Origin: a virus
Virus record (IMG/VR): IMGVR_UViG_3300034069_002149
Coordinates: 91,650-143,333 of that record
Length of the DNA stretch: 51,684 nt
Strand: one strand, 5' to 3'
Under the pieces are notes generated by a model. The model was given only the letters and a program-made list of their open reading frames with translations, did not search any database and was not told the DNA's origin. Position 1 is the stretch's first letter. Each line of letters starts with the position of its first letter. Made by a program: the position numbers and the translations under genes. Shown here piece by piece: positions 9,859-18,414 of this stretch.

Positions 9859-10242
9859 GTGGCCCACTTCAACGCTCCGGCGTGGCGCACCGCCGACTTC
9901 GGAGACGGGACAACGCGGGTCGCCTGGACTTCCGCTTTAGATCCCGGAGAATTCAAGGCGTACACGATTGACTGCTCCAGGGAACTTGTAAGTTCCGCTA
10001 ACAAGATCGAGGCGGCGCTGATCGAGCCGTCCGGTCTCGCCACCCTCGCCGGTCTGCTGGTGGCGGATCAAACCAACGACGATACTCACATCACCTTCTG
10101 GCTCAGCATCAATCCGGCAGACAGGACCCGCGCCAACTGGGATGGGGAGGGAGAGAGGCACACTCTCACCTGCACCGTCGAGGTGACCGATGGTCAGCGC
10201 TTCCAGCGCGATGTGACCTTGCAGATCAAGCAGCTCGTCTAA
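9859..10242 (+). CDS. Phage fibre-tail adaptor protein, copy B
   Basis: GTG start with GGAG RBS; APAWRTADFGDGTTRVAW...LDPGEFKAYTID, paralog of 8549..9025. Confidence 0.65.
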   Translation: MAHFNAPAWRTADFGDGTTRVAWTSALDPGEFKAYTIDCSRELVSSANKIEAALIEPSGLATLAGLLVADQTNDDTHITFWLSINPADRTRANWDGEGERHTLTCTVEVTDGQRFQRDVTLQIKQLV

Positions 10243-10254
10243 CACGGAGTCAGC

Positions 10255-10725
10255 ATGGCTATCGAGAACATCCAGGTCCTCCAGGACGAGCTTAGCAACG
10301 ATCCGCTCGATCTCGGCTACGCGGATATGCAGGACAGTGAAGTGGCGGATGCCCTCAATGCCCTTAATCGTCCTGGCAAACAGGTTGTCCCGGCGAGCGA
10401 AGTCAGGCGCTACGTCCTGCTCAACGGCCTGTGGCCGCGCATCCAGGCGGTCGCTTCGTCCAGCAGCAACCCGGTTCACCAGGGGACAGCGATTACCATT
10501 CTGCAAACGCTGGCCCCCAATTCCTTTGACGAAATCCGGATGGACGATCCGGAGGTTGCCGCCGCCGTGGCCGGAATGCTGACAACGATGGTCGATGCTG
10601 GAGCCATGACGGAGGCTCATCGGGACGCCATGGTGGCGCTTGGGGATGCCACGATCAGCCGCGCCGCAGAACTCGGCTTGAGTGTTGTCCACCATCTTGA
10701 TGTCGCGGAGGCGCGCAATGGCTAA
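10255..10725 (+). CDS. Hypothetical phage protein (helical; possible fibre assembly factor)
   Basis: GGAG RBS; ELSNDPLDLGYA..DSEVADALN pattern; coupled to the next gene. Confidence 0.7.
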   Translation: MAIENIQVLQDELSNDPLDLGYADMQDSEVADALNALNRPGKQVVPASEVRRYVLLNGLWPRIQAVASSSSNPVHQGTAITILQTLAPNSFDEIRMDDPEVAAAVAGMLTTMVDAGAMTEAHRDAMVALGDATISRAAELGLSVVHHLDVAEARNG

Positions 10726-11143
10726 TATTACCGCCCTATACGGCAGTTCCACCACCATCACGGTGACCGGTCTGGCAACGCTCGCCAACGGTTCTTCCGC
10801 AACCTCCCCGATAATAGACAACACGGGGGATCTCAATCTCGATGCTCTGATTGAGGTTGAGGTGGCAACCGCATCCGGTGCAACGTCCACGGGTTATGTC
10901 GAGGTTTACATCAAAGCCTCCGTCAACGGAACGGATTTTGACGATGACAACAATGACAAGTGGGCCGGGACGATAAACCTTGTCACTGCGGGGGCTGCGA
11001 CCCGGAGACGACTCGTCTCCGTCGCATCTTCGTTTGGCGGAGCCATGCCACCCTATTGGCAGATCAGGGTCAAAAACTCTACCGGTGGCGCATTCACGGC
11101 GGCATCTGTCCTGTATCGTGGCATCAAGGCACAGGCGTCCTAA
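10718..11143 (+). CDS. Small beta-sandwich structural protein
   Basis: ATG at 10718 with GGAGG RBS, overlaps the previous stop; T/S/A/G-rich beta pattern. Confidence 0.7.
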   Translation: MANITALYGSSTTITVTGLATLANGSSATSPIIDNTGDLNLDALIEVEVATASGATSTGYVEVYIKASVNGTDFDDDNNDKWAGTINLVTAGAATRRRLVSVASSFGGAMPPYWQIRVKNSTGGAFTAASVLYRGIKAQAS

Positions 11144-11146
11144 TCC

Positions 11147-13075
11147 ATGGCCTTTCTGATCCAGCCACACCGTTGGCGAGACCAGCCGCAAGGTCCTGTC
11201 CAGATCGACTGGGCACACCCGATGTCCCGTGGTCTGGTTTTTGCCATCGTGCCGACAACGATGGCATCACTGGATCTGATCGGGCAGAACAAGAACGCAA
11301 CCATTGCCGTGCTCGGGAGCACTTTCGTCACCGCTGGACCCGGTGGCATCGGAATGGATGCTTCTGGCGTGACCAACAGCGGCTGGGGCATTCCCTACCA
11401 GCAGCCAATCTTTCGTACCATCACAACAGATTTTACGATTGCCACAACAGTCGATATCCGCTCGCTTGGCGCGAGCAGCAGACTCGTCTGCGTGCCGTAT
11501 TCGTCAAATGCCTGGACAGCGCCATTCATGGTGATGTCTCTCGGACGCTCCACGTCAACAGACCAGCTTACTTTGAACTACGGTATATCGACGGGCAGCG
11601 CCACCTACAGCTCCAACTTTCCGTCCGGGACTTATGTTGCCGGAAATGGTCAGCGTTTCATTGCCAGCCGCTCGGGAACTGCCTCCTGGGCTTGCGTCAA
11701 CGGCACCAGCTACAGTCCTGCGACCAGCAGTTTCACCTCCGCCCCAGTCAGTTTTAGCACGGGTGGTCGCGTTACTCTGCTGAACCGTAATTCGGGGGCC
11801 GCTGGAGAAGCCGTCGATGGGCGTTGTTACTATACCTTTATTTGGAATCGCGCACTCACGGAAGCGGAGCAGGTCGCGCTCGACCAGAACCCGTACCAGA
11901 TCCTCAAACCGCGCACGTCATCCCTCTACTACTTTCCAGTAGGCGTAACAGAAGGACCAGCGCGCGGCGCTTTCTCGAACGGCTTCTCCAGCGGTTTTTC
12001 TGCCGGAACCATCTCAGAAATTTCCGGAACCTCCGCTGGCACCCTGCAAAGCCTCACTGGAACCGGTGTCGGCTCCAGAACATCTCCCGCCAGAACCGGC
12101 ACCAGCGCTTCGACGCTGACCGCTCTGACTGGCACGGGTGTCGCGACCTACACGCCTCCCGGCAGGACCGGAACATCCACCGCAAGGCTGTCCGCGCTGA
12201 CCGGCACCGGTACGGCCTCCAGGACGGTCCCTGAGCGCACCGGAACGTCAGCGGGTGTCATTACCGGTCTGGCGCATAGCGCCACTGGTGGGCGCTCCCT
12301 GCCCGGTCTGGCGGGGTCCTCCGCTGTTGTCCTGCCTAAGCTGACAACTGCCGCAACCGCCACCCGCACGATCCCGGACAGGACGGGCACATCAACCGCC
12401 CTTCTGCGCGCGGCAACCGCCACCGCGACCGGCTCACGAACGATCCCGAACAGGACAGGCTCTGGCACGGCATCTCTGACGGCTCTCAGATCAGAGGCGC
12501 AAGGTGTCGTGGTCCAGCCGGGGCGCAGCGGCACATCCTTTGTCACGCTGCCTTTCCTGGTCACCGCCGCCGAAGGCGAGAGAGTTATCCCGGAGCGGCA
12601 GGCTTCCAGTGCCGTTCGCATCAGGGTGCCAACTGCAACGGGACAAGCCACCCGCACCATACCGGATAGAACCGGCGTTTCGTCTGTGACGATGAAGGTG
12701 CTGCGCTCCGTGGCGTCCGGCACCGCACAGCCTCCCGGCATCTACCTCACCTCCGCCGTCAGGCTCCCGACTCTGACGATGCAGGCTGTCGGTATCCGGA
12801 TAATCCCGGAGCGTTCCGGTTCAAGTGCTGCCCGCCTCTGGACGCTCACCCACGACGCCTTCGGTGACGCCGTTCTGCCGGTTCGTACCGGTGTGTCCAA
12901 TATCGTTCTTCCCTTCCTGTCCCATCAGGCGCTGGGACAGGCCATCGTTCCAGGTGCGGTCGGCATTGCGCAGGAGGTTTGGCTGACGGCATCTCTCCTG
13001 CCGGAACCCAACCTTTCCGGGACTTTCAGTCCAGACGTCGATCTGACCGGATCGGTCACCGTGGCCCCGCAATAG
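11147..13075 (+). CDS. LamG-domain protein with a long 24-aa repeat tract (putative fibre scaffold)
   Basis: QIDWAHPMSRGL...FIWNRALTEAEQVAL LamG head, then GAFSNGFSSGFS, then 13 tandem 24-aa repeats. Confidence 0.75.
   Translation: MAFLIQPHRWRDQPQGPVQIDWAHPMSRGLVFAIVPTTMASLDLIGQNKNATIAVLGSTFVTAGPGGIGMDASGVTNSGWGIPYQQPIFRTITTDFTIATTVDIRSLGASSRLVCVPYSSNAWTAPFMVMSLGRSTSTDQLTLNYGISTGSATYSSNFPSGTYVAGNGQRFIASRSGTASWACVNGTSYSPATSSFTSAPVSFSTGGRVTLLNRNSGAAGEAVDGRCYYTFIWNRALTEAEQVALDQNPYQILKPRTSSLYYFPVGVTEGPARGAFSNGFSSGFSAGTISEISGTSAGTLQSLTGTGVGSRTSPARTGTSASTLTALTGTGVATYTPPGRTGTSTARLSALTGTGTASRTVPERTGTSAGVITGLAHSATGGRSLPGLAGSSAVVLPKLTTAATATRTIPDRTGTSTALLRAATATATGSRTIPNRTGSGTASLTALRSEAQGVVVQPGRSGTSFVTLPFLVTAAEGERVIPERQASSAVRIRVPTATGQATRTIPDRTGVSSVTMKVLRSVASGTAQPPGIYLTSAVRLPTLTMQAVGIRIIPERSGSSAARLWTLTHDAFGDAVLPVRTGVSNIVLPFLSHQALGQAIVPGAVGIAQEVWLTASLLPEPNLSGTFSPDVDLTGSVTVAPQ
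12020..12955 (+). repeat. 13 x 72-bp (24-aa) coding tandem repeat, consensus RTGTSxxxLxxLxxxAxGxRxxPx
   Basis: Counted by hand from ISGTSAGTL... to ...GQAIVPG; every unit is exactly 24 aa. Confidence 0.9.
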
Positions 13076-13085
13076 GAACACCCCT

Positions 13086-13439
13086 ATGGACTTCGTGCTT
13101 TTCCAAGGAGACACCCAGCGTGTCAATTTCACGCTGACGAAATCGGACGGCAACGCCCTGGATCTCACTGGCGCGACCATCCGATGGGAAGCCTCCAGGC
13201 TCAAGACGGGTGGTCTGTTCTCGTCCACACCAGTCATCGTCAAGACGGATCAGGATGGTATCGAGGTTGTCGATGCGCTCAACGGCTTTCTGACCGTGAC
13301 ACTCTCTCCAGAAGACACTCTTCCCATCAGCGGCGACTTCTATCACGAGCTTGAAACCACGGATGTCTCTGGAGACGTGGCGACTGTGTTCAGCGGCCAG
13401 TTCAAGATCAAGAAAGCCCTGATCAAGCCAACCGTTTAA
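13086..13439 (+). CDS. BppU N-terminal-like fibre attachment protein
   Basis: QGDT..VNFTL...DG.ALDLTGATI...DALNG.LTVTL...DT...Y.ELE pattern. Confidence 0.7.
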   Translation: MDFVLFQGDTQRVNFTLTKSDGNALDLTGATIRWEASRLKTGGLFSSTPVIVKTDQDGIEVVDALNGFLTVTLSPEDTLPISGDFYHELETTDVSGDVATVFSGQFKIKKALIKPTV

Positions 13440-13460
13440 TATCCAGGACTGGAATTCGCC

Positions 13461-13922
13461 ATGGTCAGTACGACGACTGCCCGCTCCCTTCTGACGACCA
13501 ACATCAATGACAACACTTCCGGTGACGTCACGCCAGCAGATATTCGCGGCGTGTTCACCGCGACCTTCGATGCCCTGGACGGCGCTGCCGCGACCAGCAC
13601 GGTTGATTACAACAAGGGGCAGATAGCCGGCGAGATCGGAACTCCGAGCAATAAGACCTACACGCTGGAACTCTCCGCGCCGTTCCCGTACACGATCACC
13701 GCGCTGTATGTTCAGACCAGCGCCGGAACTGCGACAGTCGCTATCCAGATCAATGGCACGAATGTTACCGGTCTTACCGGTATTGCCGTCAGCACGTCGC
13801 TGAATGGCGGCAGCGCATTAAGTGCGAACACGGTTACGCTGAGCAACAAGGTGACCATGATTGTCAGTGCCGTTTCAAGCGCTGCGGATCTCGCCTACGC
13901 CCTCCGCTACACCAGAACCTAA
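13461..13922 (+). CDS. Short two-domain fibre connector (N-terminal helical NINDNTSGDVTPADIR domain plus C-terminal beta-sandwich)
   Basis: C-terminal domain GQIAGEIGTPSNKTYTL is similar to the C-terminus of 36317..37822 (GTLSGMIEKPKAKTYTL). Confidence 0.65.
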   Translation: MVSTTTARSLLTTNINDNTSGDVTPADIRGVFTATFDALDGAAATSTVDYNKGQIAGEIGTPSNKTYTLELSAPFPYTITALYVQTSAGTATVAIQINGTNVTGLTGIAVSTSLNGGSALSANTVTLSNKVTMIVSAVSSAADLAYALRYTRT

Positions 13923-13950
13923 CCTCCTCCCGGAAAAAGGAAGACACGTC

Positions 13951-14145
13951 ATGGATCTTATTTCCCTTATCGTTATCCTTGTTGTTGTCGGTGTAATCTT
14001 GTGGCTGGTTAATACCTATGTCCCGATGGACGCAAAGATTAAGCGTATACTTAACATCGCTGTAGTAATTTTTGTCCTGCTCTGGTTGGTCGTCAGCTTT
14101 CTCGGCGTGACGGGAAACAGTGTGGGCAACCTTCGGATAGAATGA
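13951..14145 (+). CDS. Small two-TM membrane protein (Thivi_2564-like)
   Basis: AAGGAAG RBS; LIVILVVVGVILWLVNTYVPMDAKIKRILNIAVVIFVLLWL. Confidence 0.75.
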   Translation: MDLISLIVILVVVGVILWLVNTYVPMDAKIKRILNIAVVIFVLLWLVVSFLGVTGNSVGNLRIE

Positions 14146-14149
14146 TTCC

Positions 14150-14323
14150 GTGAGCCTTACGTGGCTGGTCTGTCTCGTTGGCGCTGCTGCGGCTCTGATG
14201 TGGCTTGCGGGAGTTCTGTTTCCCGCAACCTCATACAAGCTTGGCCTGTCCAGGGCAATTATCGCTGTCGTCACCCTCGGTCTCGCCGTAGCCGGAGTCA
14301 TTCACGGATTGCCGTTTCGATGA
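14150..14323 (+). CDS. Small two-TM membrane protein (57 aa; below the ORF-track cutoff)
   Basis: GTG start; MSLTWLVCLVGAAAALMWLAGVLFPATSYKLGLSRAIIAVVTLGLAVAGVIHGLPFR; stop overlaps the next ATG (ATGA). Confidence 0.6.
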   Translation: MSLTWLVCLVGAAAALMWLAGVLFPATSYKLGLSRAIIAVVTLGLAVAGVIHGLPFR

Positions 14324-14499
14324 CGTCTTCCTGGAAGCTGACAACTCTCTCCATAATAGTATTATGGCTGGTGTTCTTCGGGATCTTCATAAAACAGGCT
14401 TTCCCCAGGCTGATCCAGGCCGCTCAGACGTCCGTCATCTTCGTTAGTCTTGTCCTGCTTCTCTACCTTCTTCTCAACCGCTTCTACCACAGGGGCTGA
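14320..14499 (+). CDS. Small two-TM membrane protein (59 aa)
   Basis: ATGA coupling; two hydrophobic segments. Confidence 0.6.
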   Translation: MTSSWKLTTLSIIVLWLVFFGIFIKQAFPRLIQAAQTSVIFVSLVLLLYLLLNRFYHRG

Positions 14500-14501
14500 C
14501 C

Positions 14502-15071
14502 ATGCCATTTATTGTCGAAACCGGCTTTGGCGTGGAGAACGCGAATGCCTACTGCACCGTGGAATTCTCAAACGGCTACAACGCCAGCCAGATCGATGGT
14601 CAGGGATGGGGTGATCTCGATCTGATCGATAAGCAGATCCGCATCATCACCGCATCTCAACTGATCGACAATTCCTTCGATTTTCACGGCAGGCGGATCT
14701 CCCGCTTCCAGGGCCTGGAGTTCCCTCGCTGGGGAATGCGGGATCGGGATGGCCTGATGCTTCCTGCCGCCCCTCTGCCGAACTTCCTCAAGTGCGCCAC
14801 GGCGGAACTGGCGCGCATCCTGGGAGAGCGCGCGGACGCGGGCGGCAGCGCCACCGGGGCAGCATCGAGCGGCAGCACTGCCGGAGCGGTCGAGAAGATC
14901 CAGGTCGGCCCGATTGCTCTGACGCTGAGTAGCGGTTCATCGACCAGCAGCGGCAGCACCAGCGCCTCCTCCGGCACCACGGCTCCGGTCATCCCCCGCT
15001 CCGTCGTCGCGTGGCTGCTCGATTACAGCATCCCCCGGTTCGGCTACGGCAGCGCGAGGCTGGTTCGATGA
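14502..15071 (+). CDS. Head-tail adaptor/connector (DnaT-like family)
   Basis: VETG.G..NANAY.TV...QGLEFPR...LKCATAELA pattern; first gene of the neck module. Confidence 0.8.
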   Translation: MPFIVETGFGVENANAYCTVEFSNGYNASQIDGQGWGDLDLIDKQIRIITASQLIDNSFDFHGRRISRFQGLEFPRWGMRDRDGLMLPAAPLPNFLKCATAELARILGERADAGGSATGAASSGSTAGAVEKIQVGPIALTLSSGSSTSSGSTSASSGTTAPVIPRSVVAWLLDYSIPRFGYGSARLVR

Positions 15072-15325
15072 CCATCACGCGGGTTCACGTCAATCAATCC
15101 GTCATCCGTCGTAACCATAAAACCGGGGCGGATGAGCCGGTTCTGACCGTCAAAAGCGGCAAATCCAACCGCTATGCCCACGAAGTCGAAATCCTGGGAC
15201 CGTCCCGTCTGGTCTATGCCGGAGCGGGATCTGCCCGCAAGCCGCTGTCGTGTGGAGCGCGGGTTTGGATCGAGACGGAAGCTGAAGTCAGGTTGTTCGG
15301 AGAACGGGGCCATGACAGCAACTAA
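15068..15325 (+). CDS. Conserved phage hypothetical protein
   Basis: ATGA coupling; HVNQ..IR.N...PVLTVK...N.YAHEV.I.GPS...PLSCGARVWIET motif recalled from other phages. Confidence 0.7.
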   Translation: MTITRVHVNQSVIRRNHKTGADEPVLTVKSGKSNRYAHEVEILGPSRLVYAGAGSARKPLSCGARVWIETEAEVRLFGERGHDSN

Positions 15326-15590
15326 CGGCGGACGCATCGGCAGGGTGAAGTTCAAGAACGGTGCGGAGGTTCGCATCCTGGAGAACCGGAATACCGGAGA
15401 TCCCGATGTCGTCAATCTGCTTCTTACTCTTCTCAATCGCGCACGGAAAGGAGAACTGGTGGCCTTCGCCATGGTTTCCGTTAACCCGAGAGGAACAGTG
15501 GGAACGGCATGGGCTAACGGGGATGGCAGCCATCACCATGAACTCGCCAGCGGCGCGCTGACCCTGGCAAACCGGATCGGAGGCTCCTGA
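15312..15590 (+). CDS. Hypothetical protein
   Basis: ATG at 15312 with GGAG RBS; LLNRARKGELVAFAMV pattern; TGATG coupling to the next gene. Confidence 0.65.
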   Translation: MTATNGGRIGRVKFKNGAEVRILENRNTGDPDVVNLLLTLLNRARKGELVAFAMVSVNPRGTVGTAWANGDGSHHHELASGALTLANRIGGS

Positions 15591-15958
15591 TGGGCATTCT
15601 CGACAGCGTCAGGGCAGCACTCGATACCGGATGGTCCGCTCTGGGAGACCTCAAGCAGCCGGTCACGGTGCGCCGGATCACGCGCGGCACCTACACCCCG
15701 GAAACCGGCACGACCACGGACAACGTGCTATCGGAAACCGTGGACTGCATCCTCAGCGGCTACCAAGCAGAGCTTATAGACGGTACGGATATCCGGGTCG
15801 GGGATCTCCAGTGCGTCATCCGGGGAAAGGACATCAGCTTTCGTCCCGAGCAGGGCGATAGCGTCACTCTGCCCAGCGGCCAGATCTGGCGCGTCATGCG
15901 GGCAACCGGGGATCTTTACGATCCACCGATATATCATGAACTGACGCTCCGCCGATAA
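15590..15958 (+). CDS. Head closure/stopper protein
   Basis: GTYTPETG...LIDGTDIRVGD...P..GD.V pattern; neck position. Confidence 0.75.
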   Translation: MGILDSVRAALDTGWSALGDLKQPVTVRRITRGTYTPETGTTTDNVLSETVDCILSGYQAELIDGTDIRVGDLQCVIRGKDISFRPEQGDSVTLPSGQIWRVMRATGDLYDPPIYHELTLRR

Positions 15959-16186
15959 ACCCGCATCCTGCCCAGCCTCACAGTATGGATATACGACAAT
16001 CGTGATATGGCTGGACTACTTCTGACTTTTGCGGTATATCCAATCCCGCACAGGTGGGTCTACAGCCCGCCCTATCTGGGCGTTGCCCATCTTACCTTCC
16101 CACAGTCGCCTTTCTAAGAGAAACGACCTCACGGACCAAAGAACAGCCGATCTGGTCTGCTCTTTTTGCTGGGCGGAGTTTCCCCT

Positions 16187-16375
16187 ATGACAGTTTTGCA
16201 GTTCAAACCGCGTCAGAAGGCGTCGGAACCCTCTAAACCAGAGCCGATCTATACACCAACGCAATATGCCAAGGCATGGATGTGCGTTGCCATCGGCCTC
16301 TACATCTCTCCCTGGATACAGTGGCTGAACATCCTCAGCGAGGACGTTCAATCAGGTAAGGATGGTCAACGCTGA
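16187..16375 (+). CDS. Small hypothetical protein
   Basis: GGAG RBS; MTVLQFKPR start; TGATG coupling to the next gene. Confidence 0.5.
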   Translation: MTVLQFKPRQKASEPSKPEPIYTPTQYAKAWMCVAIGLYISPWIQWLNILSEDVQSGKDGQR

Positions 16376-16794
16376 TGGCTAACCCGAGGACCAGAGGCTT
16401 CCGGGACCAACTCAGGAACTATGTCCGGGATGCCAAGCTTCAGCACGTGCGCTGGGTCAAGCGCGTTGCCGCAGCGGTCCATCGGGCAGCCTATCAGCAC
16501 ACCCCCATCGACACCTCCCGCGCCATGAGCGGCTGGGTTGCTAAGATCGACAGTCCCTTCATGGGAGAGCCGAACTACACCGCAGGCTCCAAGGGCAGCA
16601 CCTTTGCCGAAGCCGTTCAGATCAACGAGGGCAACATTGCCGAAGTGGCCCAAGCCTACGCTTTCGGTCAGAAGATCTACATCCGCAACAACGTCCACTA
16701 CATCGAAATCCTCGATAGCGGCAACGGCAGCCGTCAGGCACCCAACGGCATGATGCCGTTCGCTCTCGACGCCGCTGAGCAGGAGATGAAGTAA
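16375..16794 (+). CDS. HK97 gp10-like tail completion/neck protein
   Basis: TPIDTSRAMSGW...IYIRNNVHYI..L..G.S.QAP.GM. Confidence 0.8.
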   Translation: MANPRTRGFRDQLRNYVRDAKLQHVRWVKRVAAAVHRAAYQHTPIDTSRAMSGWVAKIDSPFMGEPNYTAGSKGSTFAEAVQINEGNIAEVAQAYAFGQKIYIRNNVHYIEILDSGNGSRQAPNGMMPFALDAAEQEMK

Positions 16795-16795
16795 C

Positions 16796-17200
16796 GTGTC
16801 TCCTAGCGAAGCCAAGGCCCTGCTGGAGACTGCCTTCAAGAATGGCTGGGGCAGCCGGACACCGATTGCGTGGGGCAACACCACCCCGCCGATGCCGGAT
16901 TCCCACTGGGTCCGCTTCACCATCATCCATGCTGAGTCAAAGCTTCGCTCGTGGACCGGAAATACCATGAACTACGAGCGGCGCGGCATCTGCTTCGTGC
17001 AGATCTTCGTGCCGCTGGGAAGCGGGACGCGCGCCTCATCGGACCTGTCCCATGAGGTTCTGAATATCCTGGAGGGACAGAAGTTCGGCACCCTGGAGAC
17101 CGGTACCGGCAGTCTGCTGGAAGTCGGCCAGGGAGACGATGCCAAGGATCAGACCCAGGTGCGGATCTCCTTCTCCTACGACGAACAGAGAACGGTCTGA
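16796..17200 (+). CDS. Tail terminator protein
   Basis: IAWGN..P...WVRFTI...G...VQIFVP.G.G pattern; position before the tail tube. Confidence 0.8.
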   Translation: MSPSEAKALLETAFKNGWGSRTPIAWGNTTPPMPDSHWVRFTIIHAESKLRSWTGNTMNYERRGICFVQIFVPLGSGTRASSDLSHEVLNILEGQKFGTLETGTGSLLEVGQGDDAKDQTQVRISFSYDEQRTV

Positions 17201-17205
17201 TCATC

Positions 17206-17592
17206 ATGCATTTCAAAGTTTCCGAGTGGACCCGCAAGTTCGTGGAAGAGCATCCGGACGAGGAAGTCGTCTGCCCCTACCGGGTGCTCGACCCCGCAAC
17301 CGGCTTCATCATTTCCGGGGTCACGGAATTCAACGACGATGATGGATGGCTTCGGGTGCTGTGCCGGGATCAGTTCCTGTCCACACCGGACAAGCCGCGC
17401 TGGGCCGTTCACCCGGAACTTGACGAACTGATCACCCAGATCAAGCACATCCCCTTCCAGGTCGTGCCCTGCTACGACGGCATCGATGATCTGCCGGTAA
17501 CCCACGTCGATGACCTTGAATTCAAGGATGGCAAGCCGGTCGGTGACTGGTTGCCAGCGCCCCAGCCCTACCAGTCTCAGGACGAGGTTTAG
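17206..17592 (+). CDS. Hypothetical protein
   Basis: Co-oriented ORF with phage-typical codon usage. Confidence 0.65.
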   Translation: MHFKVSEWTRKFVEEHPDEEVVCPYRVLDPATGFIISGVTEFNDDDGWLRVLCRDQFLSTPDKPRWAVHPELDELITQIKHIPFQVVPCYDGIDDLPVTHVDDLEFKDGKPVGDWLPAPQPYQSQDEV

Positions 17593-17594
17593 TC

Positions 17595-17888
17595 ATGCCA
17601 TCCCCCTTCATCAAAGACGATAAACCCGGCAAGCCTGAGAAGCCGGTCAAACCAGAGAAGCCGGAAGTCTCCAAGGACAAGCCCTTCTCCATTCCCTCCG
17701 TGCCTCTGGAGTTCATGCCGCCTGCGGCCAACCATCCGAACCGTCTGGTCTCCGTGACTGGTTCCGATGGCTCCGTGCTCTGCCTGTCCTTCTCCGATGG
17801 GATCGAGTGGCGGACGCTCAAGTTCGACACCACCGTTCCGGTTCCTCTCCCGGAAGAACCGGAAGCCCCGGCACTCCCCGCCGTCTGA
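17595..17888 (+). CDS. Small fibre-tip/decoration-like protein, paralog 1
   Basis: PAANHPNRLVSVTGSDGSVLCLSFSDGIEWR; N-terminal KPE repeats. Confidence 0.65.
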   Translation: MPSPFIKDDKPGKPEKPVKPEKPEVSKDKPFSIPSVPLEFMPPAANHPNRLVSVTGSDGSVLCLSFSDGIEWRTLKFDTTVPVPLPEEPEAPALPAV

Positions 17889-17921
17889 TCGTCCCGCCCA
17901 CCAGCCCTGAAGGAAAAGCCC

Positions 17922-18143
17922 ATGCTCACCAATGATCTCACCCCAGGCCGCACCGGCAGCAAGTCCATCAATTCCATGATGACGATGCCGGTCTATACCG
18001 TCGCCACCGTGCCCGCAGCCGCCTCCTATCCAAATCGCCTGATCGTGGTCAGCAACGGCAATTCCGGAACTGCCTGTCTGGCATGGTCGAACGGCACTTC
18101 ATGGCTCCGCATCGTTCCCGGTGCCGCTGTCGCCGCCAGCTAA
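17922..18143 (+). CDS. Small fibre-tip/decoration-like protein, paralog 2
   Basis: MPVYTVATVPAAASYPNRLIVVSNGNSGTACLAWSNGTSWLR; AAGGA RBS. Confidence 0.7.
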   Translation: MLTNDLTPGRTGSKSINSMMTMPVYTVATVPAAASYPNRLIVVSNGNSGTACLAWSNGTSWLRIVPGAAVAAS

Positions 18144-18163
18144 CCAGCGTGACGGTAACCGCC

Positions 18164-18328
18164 ATGCCGCTGCCCTGCTACACGGTCGCCAACCTGCCGG
18201 ACGCCGTCACTCATCCCGATTGGATCGTGCGGGTGACGGACGGAAATGTCGGCGCTCCGTGCATTGCTTTCTCTGATGGAAAGCACTGGGTCCGGCTGGT
18301 GGCCGGTTTGCCGGTGTCAGCGGAATGA
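18164..18328 (+). CDS. Small fibre-tip/decoration-like protein, paralog 3
   Basis: LPCYTVANLPDAVTHPDWIVRVTDGNVGAPCIAFSDGKHWVR. Confidence 0.65.
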   Translation: MPLPCYTVANLPDAVTHPDWIVRVTDGNVGAPCIAFSDGKHWVRLVAGLPVSAE

Positions 18329-18342
18329 TGATGTGTTATAAT
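18314..18342 (+). promoter_or_regulatory. Sigma70-type promoter for the HNH gene
   Basis: GTGTCA - 17 nt - TATAAT with extended -10 (TGnTATAAT, 18334-18342). Confidence 0.65.
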
Positions 18343-18348
18343 CAGAGC

Positions 18349-18383
18349 GGGCCGGAAAGGTGTCTCAAGCACCTTCCCGGCCC
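18349..18383 (+). promoter_or_regulatory. 5' leader hairpin of the HNH transcript
   Basis: GGGCCGGAAAGGTG / CACCTTCCCGGCCC 14-bp stem with one mismatch, starting near the predicted +1. Confidence 0.6.
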
Positions 18384-18414
18384 TTACCATCAACTCCTGA
18401 CAGGACCAGGAAAA

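Noticed and set aside
12020-12955. CRISPR array or non-coding repeat
   Set aside because: Repeats are degenerate, in-frame and coding, with no constant repeat/unique spacer structure; no CRISPR array, tRNA or rRNA was recognised anywhere in the window
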